64,000 nucleotides of DNA from an uncultured Acidobacteriota bacterium (GTDB taxonomy: Bacteria > Acidobacteriota > UBA6911), in contig CAWJKZ010000004.1 of NCBI GenBank assembly GCA_963843575.1, positions 88,465-152,464 on the forward strand, read 5' to 3'. This document shows positions 58,581 through 64,000 of this stretch, piece after piece (the first letter of the stretch is position 1; each line of letters starts with the position of its first letter). A model generated the notes under the pieces. It searched no databases, was not told the origin of the DNA, and worked only from the letters and a program-made list of their open reading frames with translations. Made by a program: the position numbers and the translations under genes.

Positions 58581-59799
58581 TCATTTCTGATAATGGATAG
58601 GATACGTATACGAAAATTGCATCCAGGCCATATGGTTATGGGCGGACCCGCTCCCCCCGGTTACCCCGGTTAGATTTTCCCTACCTGAATAACTATACCC
58701 AGGTGACACTGACAATTTTTCGGTGATCTGATAACTCAGGTTAGAGTTGATACTGTAGTAATTATATTTGCTGGTGATAGTTTGACTGGACTGATTGCTT
58801 AAAGAATAACTCCCACCCAAGCTGCTGCTCAATCTCTCGGTGAACTTATACCCGAGAGAAAGGTTTAGCTGGTCAACTTCATAAACGGCTCCATAAGCTG
58901 AGGCATTTTGATCAACTTTGAAACTGGCGTTAAATGACAATTTGGTGGACCAACGATAATTGGTAGAAACATTAAAATAGGGGGTCACGTTGGAATCATT
59001 AACCCTCTGGGTCTTGACCGTGAGAAAGAAGGGAAACTGGGAAGTATCCAGGACCTGGGTGTTAAAGCTGAAAAAAGAGATATTAGCCCCTGACATGAAG
59101 CTGACATCCCACCGTTCGGAAAACTTATGGTTTACCCCCACATAAATCCCCAGGGATTTAAAATCGTTGCCGCCGGCATAGAGGCGTCTCCCTGACGATA
59201 TTGTTACTTATCAGGGAGGTCTTCTCGTTTTTCAGTAGATACGTGAAGTTCAACCCCGCTTGATGATTGGTATAATCGGTGTACTGGGGCGCCTGGTAGA
59301 GCACCCGGTTAAAATTATAGCTTGCCGTGGCCAAAAGCCGTTCCGTCAGGTTGTAGGTGACCCCTGGGCCCAAGGTAAAGGATTGGCGCGGGGAGCGGTT
59401 TATAACCAGTCCGGAAGTCAGCAACTCCTCATTCAAGGATGTATCGCTGATATAGCTGGAGTTTAAGGTAAGACTGACCCGGGGAGCTATCCGATGTTGC
59501 GCGTTGATCTGGTAATTCTGGTCGATATGGTCGAGTTCACTGTAAGTGAAATAGTGGATGCCCGTAAAGCCTAAGTGTCCTTGAAGCTGCGTGATTTCCG
59601 TGTTGTAGTTGAAATCCGCAGCCGGCATCAAGGTAAACCTGACGTCGCTGAGCGGGTTAGTAGAAGTATAATTCAAATTGCTGTTAAACTCGGATCTCTG
59701 CGTCACCGAAGGCACCACGGACCAGTCAGCCGCCACCGCCAGGTTAGCGGCCCACAGGCTCACAATTATCGCCAGCGCCCCCCAGATCTTAGTGCCCAT
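58581..59799 (-). CDS. Outer-membrane beta-barrel protein of an EPS export locus (frameshift ~59184)
   Basis: Signal peptide; alternating aromatic beta-strands. ORFs 59158-59799 and 58581-59141 join via ...ETL-YAGGNDFKSLGIYVGVNHK if one C is removed. Confidence 0.7.
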
Positions 59800-59822
59800 G
59801 ACCCTGTCTTCCCCCTTGCAAG

Positions 59823-60458
59823 TTAGGGCACTACCACTACATCTCCCGGCAACAGCGTTCGATTCTGCTCCAAAAATTGGCCCTTAGCCACCTCTTTATA
59901 ATTAAAGGGGAAGACCTCCTCCTTGCCGCCCACGCTCCTGATGACCATGATCGACCCGGGCGAGGCGAAGGGCGTCAGGCCGCCCGCCATGGAGATGGCC
60001 TGCATCACATTGACGGGCTTGCCGGTCAAGAAATCTCCCGGCTTGTTGACCTTGCCGGTGACATAGATCTTATAATTCTGCGCCTTGAGCAGGATCACGG
60101 TCACATGCGCGTCCGTCACATACTTCTCGAGACGTTTCAAGATTTCTTCCTGCAGTTGCTTGACGGTGCGCCCGGCGGCCTGAACCTCCCCGATTAAGGG
60201 GTAGGTGATCTTACCGTCCGGCCGCACGACCAGTTGCTTGGTCAGGTCGGGTTCTTTCCAGACGGAAATTTCAATGGCATCTTCCGGTCCCAGGAGATAT
60301 GTTGCCTGATCGGGAGTGGCAACCGCCGCGGCCGCAGCCTGAGCCTCGGTGAGGTGGCTCACCGGCGGGGTACAGCCGCACATCAGCACCAGGCTGAGCC
60401 CTACCATCATACTTCCAGGCAGCCATTTCCACTTCATTGCCCAACGAAATCTCGTCAA
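59823..60458 (-). CDS. Polysaccharide biosynthesis/export (Wza-like) lipoprotein
   Basis: YLLGPEDAIEISVWKEPDL, VRPDGKITYPLIGEV, YVTGKVNKPG, AGGLTPFA, LLPGDVVVVP. Confidence 0.92.
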   Translation of the reverse strand: MTRFRWAMKWKWLPGSMMVGLSLVLMCGCTPPVSHLTEAQAAAAAVATPDQATYLLGPEDAIEISVWKEPDLTKQLVVRPDGKITYPLIGEVQAAGRTVKQLQEEILKRLEKYVTDAHVTVILLKAQNYKIYVTGKVNKPGDFLTGKPVNVMQAISMAGGLTPFASPGSIMVIRSVGGKEEVFPFNYKEVAKGQFLEQNRTLLPGDVVVVP

Positions 60459-60660
60459 ACCCGCACCCTCCCCCTGAAGGTTACTTTGACCTCACGTTTT
60501 ATAATAATCATAAACAATTTAAATTATCAATAAAAAGTTCTCAAACCTCTTGGGAAAGATATCCTGTATCACTACTGTCCACACGCTAATTGAACAGCAA
60601 AGGTTGTCGGTTATCAGGTGATCGAGGGCAAAGTATAGCCCACAAATCCAGACGCTCTAT

Positions 60661-60921
60661 GAGCCTAGTCTGGGCCAGGTGCAGTCGGTGCTCGTAGAGC
60701 TGGACGGCCGTCGCTATCAACTTTGGACCGACTTGGTTGACTCCGCCCACCACGCCTTCGCCGCCGCCGGAGTGCGGCCGCCATCTCCGGTTACGCTCTT
60801 GGGCCCTATCTCTTAAGGGCTTAACTCCGTCAACCTGTAAACCTTGTAATGCCGAAAATATTTTTCAACTACTTACCTTAATTGTTATCACAATACTATT
60901 TATTTCTTGCGGTCGAAGATG
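60661..60921 (+). mobile_element. IS1634-family transposase C-terminal remnant and putative right end
   Basis: Manual translation LGQVQSVLVELDGRRYQLWTDLVDSAHHAFAAAGVRPPSPV resembles IS1634 transposase C-termini, followed by an AT-rich tail ending GTCGAAGATG. Family call is from recall. Confidence 0.6.
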
Positions 60922-61009
60922 CATCAGAGATGGGCCTCTGTTCAAACACTCCTGCCCTCGCCGCCCGTGGGGCAAGGGTTCTGCCAACCGATAGCTGACC
61001 GCGACCTGG

Positions 61010-63433
61010 CTATTTCCCTCCGGCGGGGAGGCTGTCCAGCAGCTTTTGGGCCGCGTCCCGCTCCATAAATTTGGTCTTGCTGTCCAGCGCCTTTTGGAGC
61101 GCGGCCCGAGCCGCGGCCGTCTCTCCCAGTTTGGCTTCACACCACCCCAAATGGTACAGCATGGCAGGTTGACCGGGGGCGTGCTCCGACGCCTTTTCCA
61201 GGTAGGTCTTGGCCAGGACGTATTTTTCCTGTTTACACAGGACCCAGCCCATGGTGTCCAAAAAGCTGGGTTCTTCGGGGTTATCCTCCAGGGTTTCCGC
61301 TGAGAGTTTCTGCGCCCGGGCCAGATTTTCCGCCGTGGGCTGGTGTTCCGCCAGCAGGTAGGCCAGATTGTTGCGCGCCAGGGAGGTAAAGAGGTTGTGG
61401 GCCAACAGGCTGCTATAGAGGTTAATCGCCTTATCAAACTTTTGCTGCCGCTCATAAACCGTGGCCAATACCAGGGACAAGATGGGGGCGGACTTGGGAT
61501 CGGCCACCTTGGCTTCCAACTGCTGCAGGGCCTGATCTGCATTGGGCATCTGCTGGTAGGCCAGGGCTAACAGTTGCAGGGCCGACATCTGCCGGGGATT
61601 CAGGTTCAGGGCTTCTTCCAGCGGGGCGATGGCGGCCTGGGGCTGCTTTTGGACCAACAGCAGTTCTCCCAACAATTGGTGCAACTGCGGGTTTTTCGGA
61701 CTGCGAGCCAGGGTCTGGCGCACTGCCGCCAAGGCCTTTTCAGGCTGCTTCTGATCCTGGTAGATGCCAACCTCGAGTTGCAGGGCCGGCAGGAAATCGG
61801 GGTTTGCCTGCAAGGCCTGGTCCGCGAACTTGAGGGCTTCGTCCGGCTTTTTGGTCTTTAAGGCCAGGCGCGCCATTTGAAAATAGCCTTGGGGGTTCTT
61901 GGGCTCCAGATCGATGATTTTCTGGAAGGTGGCCCGGGCCTGGGCATCATCGCCCTTGAGGGCATAGACCTCCCCCAGGGTGACCAGATTGACCACATCT
62001 TTGCCGTTGAGCCGCAGATAACCCTGGATAGTGGCGATGGCGCCGTCATAATCCTTGGCCTCGGAGAAAGAGCCATACAGGAATTTTCTGGCATCCAGAA
62101 AGTCCGGTTTGATCTCCAGCGCCTTTTTGGCATTTTCCTTGGCCAGTCCCGCTTCCTTATTCAGCAGGTTGGCCCTGGCCAGGAGCAGCCAGACCTCTGG
62201 AGATTTGGGACGATCCTGGGCCAAGAGACGGAAACTGTTCACCGCGGTCAAGCCGTCTTTTTTGTTCAGGGCGATGATCCCCCGGATTTCGGTGGCATCC
62301 ATGTCCTTGGGGTGATCCTTCAGGACCTCGTTTACCAGCTTCTCGGCCGCATCTATATGTCCCTGGGAGGCCTGAATGCGAGCCAGTCCATTTTTGGCTT
62401 GCACCCCTTTAGGTCCGTCGGGGTCCAGTTTGATGATTTCCTCCAGCACTTGCGAGGCCTGCCCTTGCCGCCGCAGGGCCAGGTAAAATTCTGCCAGGCC
62501 GAAGCGGGCCGCATAATTGTCCGGATGGGCCTTAATAAAATCCTGGAGGGTTTTCTCCGCCTCCGGGCGCCGCCCTTGACTGACCAGGAAGCGAGCCAGC
62601 ATCATGACCGGTTTCTCGCTGTCCGGCTCCAGGCTGACGCTCTGGCGGAGAGCCGCCTCGGCTTTATCCCGTTGCCCGGCCGTGGCGTAATGGCGCACTA
62701 ATTGATTATACAGGCCGGAGTTTTTGGGTTCCTGGGCGATGGCTTGCAGCAGGAACGACTCTCCCACCTCGAACTGCTTTTGGTTGTCAGCCAGGCCGGC
62801 TCTGGCAACATAGAGGTTCACGGCCTTGGGATTGGCCTTAATGCCCTGTTCCAATATAGCCGCAGCTCCTGCCATTTTCTTCTCTTTCGACAGGATGGCA
62901 GCCTCCAGGAGATAGGCCGAGATCTTGCCGGGGTCCAGCCGGCGCACTTCCGCCAGTACCTCCAGGGCCTTCTGGGGCTGTGACTGGGCCATAGCTACAG
63001 AAGCGGACAACAGTAAGGCGTCGGTATTGTTGGGTTCCTGCTTTAGGGCGAGCTCGGCCTTTTCCTTGGCCTTGTCCAGTTGCTTGGCCATCAACAAGAG
63101 ATCCCCCAGGAGTATTTGGGCCTCCGTGAGATTGGGGTCGAGTTCCACGGCTTTATTCAAGGCCCCAAATGCCCCCCGGGGATTTTGCAGCTTGAGTTCC
63201 GTTTTGCCCTGCCACAGGCAGGCTAGGGCAAATTTGGGGTCAATCTGCAAGGCGTTCTGGAATTGCAGGCGAGCCCGGACATAGTCTTCCTGCTGGTATA
63301 ATGCCTGCCCCGAGGCCAGGAATTTATCCCGTTTCTCCTCCATACTGCTGCAGGCGCCCAGAAATAGGGTCAAAAGCACCACCAGCATCCAGGCGGCGCC
63401 ATTCCTTAGGGATAGCTGTCTTTTCTGCATCAT
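61010..63433 (-). CDS. TPR-repeat lipoprotein (PrsT-like, EPS/PEP-CTERM associated)
   Basis: Lipobox LFLGAC; many TPRs; ARNNLAYLLAE, LDTMGWV, YHLG C-terminal pattern. Confidence 0.85.
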   Translation of the reverse strand: MMQKRQLSLRNGAAWMLVVLLTLFLGACSSMEEKRDKFLASGQALYQQEDYVRARLQFQNALQIDPKFALACLWQGKTELKLQNPRGAFGALNKAVELDPNLTEAQILLGDLLLMAKQLDKAKEKAELALKQEPNNTDALLLSASVAMAQSQPQKALEVLAEVRRLDPGKISAYLLEAAILSKEKKMAGAAAILEQGIKANPKAVNLYVARAGLADNQKQFEVGESFLLQAIAQEPKNSGLYNQLVRHYATAGQRDKAEAALRQSVSLEPDSEKPVMMLARFLVSQGRRPEAEKTLQDFIKAHPDNYAARFGLAEFYLALRRQGQASQVLEEIIKLDPDGPKGVQAKNGLARIQASQGHIDAAEKLVNEVLKDHPKDMDATEIRGIIALNKKDGLTAVNSFRLLAQDRPKSPEVWLLLARANLLNKEAGLAKENAKKALEIKPDFLDARKFLYGSFSEAKDYDGAIATIQGYLRLNGKDVVNLVTLGEVYALKGDDAQARATFQKIIDLEPKNPQGYFQMARLALKTKKPDEALKFADQALQANPDFLPALQLEVGIYQDQKQPEKALAAVRQTLARSPKNPQLHQLLGELLLVQKQPQAAIAPLEEALNLNPRQMSALQLLALAYQQMPNADQALQQLEAKVADPKSAPILSLVLATVYERQQKFDKAINLYSSLLAHNLFTSLARNNLAYLLAEHQPTAENLARAQKLSAETLEDNPEEPSFLDTMGWVLCKQEKYVLAKTYLEKASEHAPGQPAMLYHLGWCEAKLGETAAARAALQKALDSKTKFMERDAAQKLLDSLPAGGK

Positions 63434-64000
63434 GTCTCGAACCTCTGACAATAGGCTTTCATTACCCTAAACCGCAAAATTCCGGCACACGACTCATTGA
63501 CTGTTTCCAGGCAAATCCAAGAGTCAACACTAAAACCAGCCGGCCCCATCACCGTGGTGAACGTTAGAGGGCACCTCAACCCTTACCCAAACCCAAGGTA
63601 TTTTTAATAATGCAGTTTAATACAGGTTTCATTGACCGTCTACTTATTTAGGCTGGGTTTGGGGGTTCTTTTTTAGTTGAAACCGTTTAAGCCCGACTTT
63701 GGCCGTTACTCAAGCCGTGTTTCCCAACTTTTTTGCCTGGTAAGATCTTTCCGTGACTAAACCCTAATACCATATCATCATCCATCACCCAAATAAATTT
63801 ATAAAAAATTAGCTGCTCATGGGTTAATCTGACATCCCTGCTGTCCGGTAGAAATTACTTGAGATAGCAAGCAAAACAGCCCCATTCGGCCAGTGGAGCG
63901 CCCACAAAAGCCCGCGGGACCTGGTATTCAGTCTCAACCGGATAGTCCGCAAGTTCTACCACCCGGGTCTTGTCGCGGTGCCACGTTCCACTCTGGCCGA

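Noticed and set aside
63850-64000. Possible partial CDS at the right edge
   Set aside because: Short open frames exist on both strands but neither shows a recognisable motif.

Overview
High-GC bacterial sequence whose first ~58 kb has an Acidobacteria-like gene complement (inferred): Tat-exported sugar oxidoreductases, uncharacterised glycoside-hydrolase-like proteins, proteases and a TonB-fusion protein. At about 57,946 it joins abruptly to a lower-GC segment carrying an exopolysaccharide/PEP-CTERM-type export locus, probably from another contig or organism. Three candidate systems stand out. (1) A conflict/defence-like island at 6.6-16.7 kb: two co-oriented genes share a homologous TPR-S/'TRAF-binding' domain, fused in one to a deoxyribohydrolase/TIR-like domain and in the other to a membrane-anchored patatin phospholipase. 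Divergent from them are a TIR-like-NB-ARC (NLR-like) protein with an unusual C-terminus and a TIR-TM-TonB_C fusion. (2) A fluoride (crcB)-riboswitch-like aptamer plus intrinsic terminator in the leader of a TolC-MFP-RND efflux operon (37.0-42.9 kb). (3) Two convergent metal-related operons (29-34 kb), each preceded by the same palindrome TAGATGTA-N3-TGCATCTA, one headed by a Cys/His-rich PadR regulator. Also present are a dispersed family of palindromic intergenic repeats, a MITE-like element with a TTA duplication, an IS1634-like remnant, many gene fragments, and several single-base frameshifts that look like sequencing error. No rRNA, tRNA or CRISPR array was recognised. All family assignments come from visual motif recognition; no searches were run.
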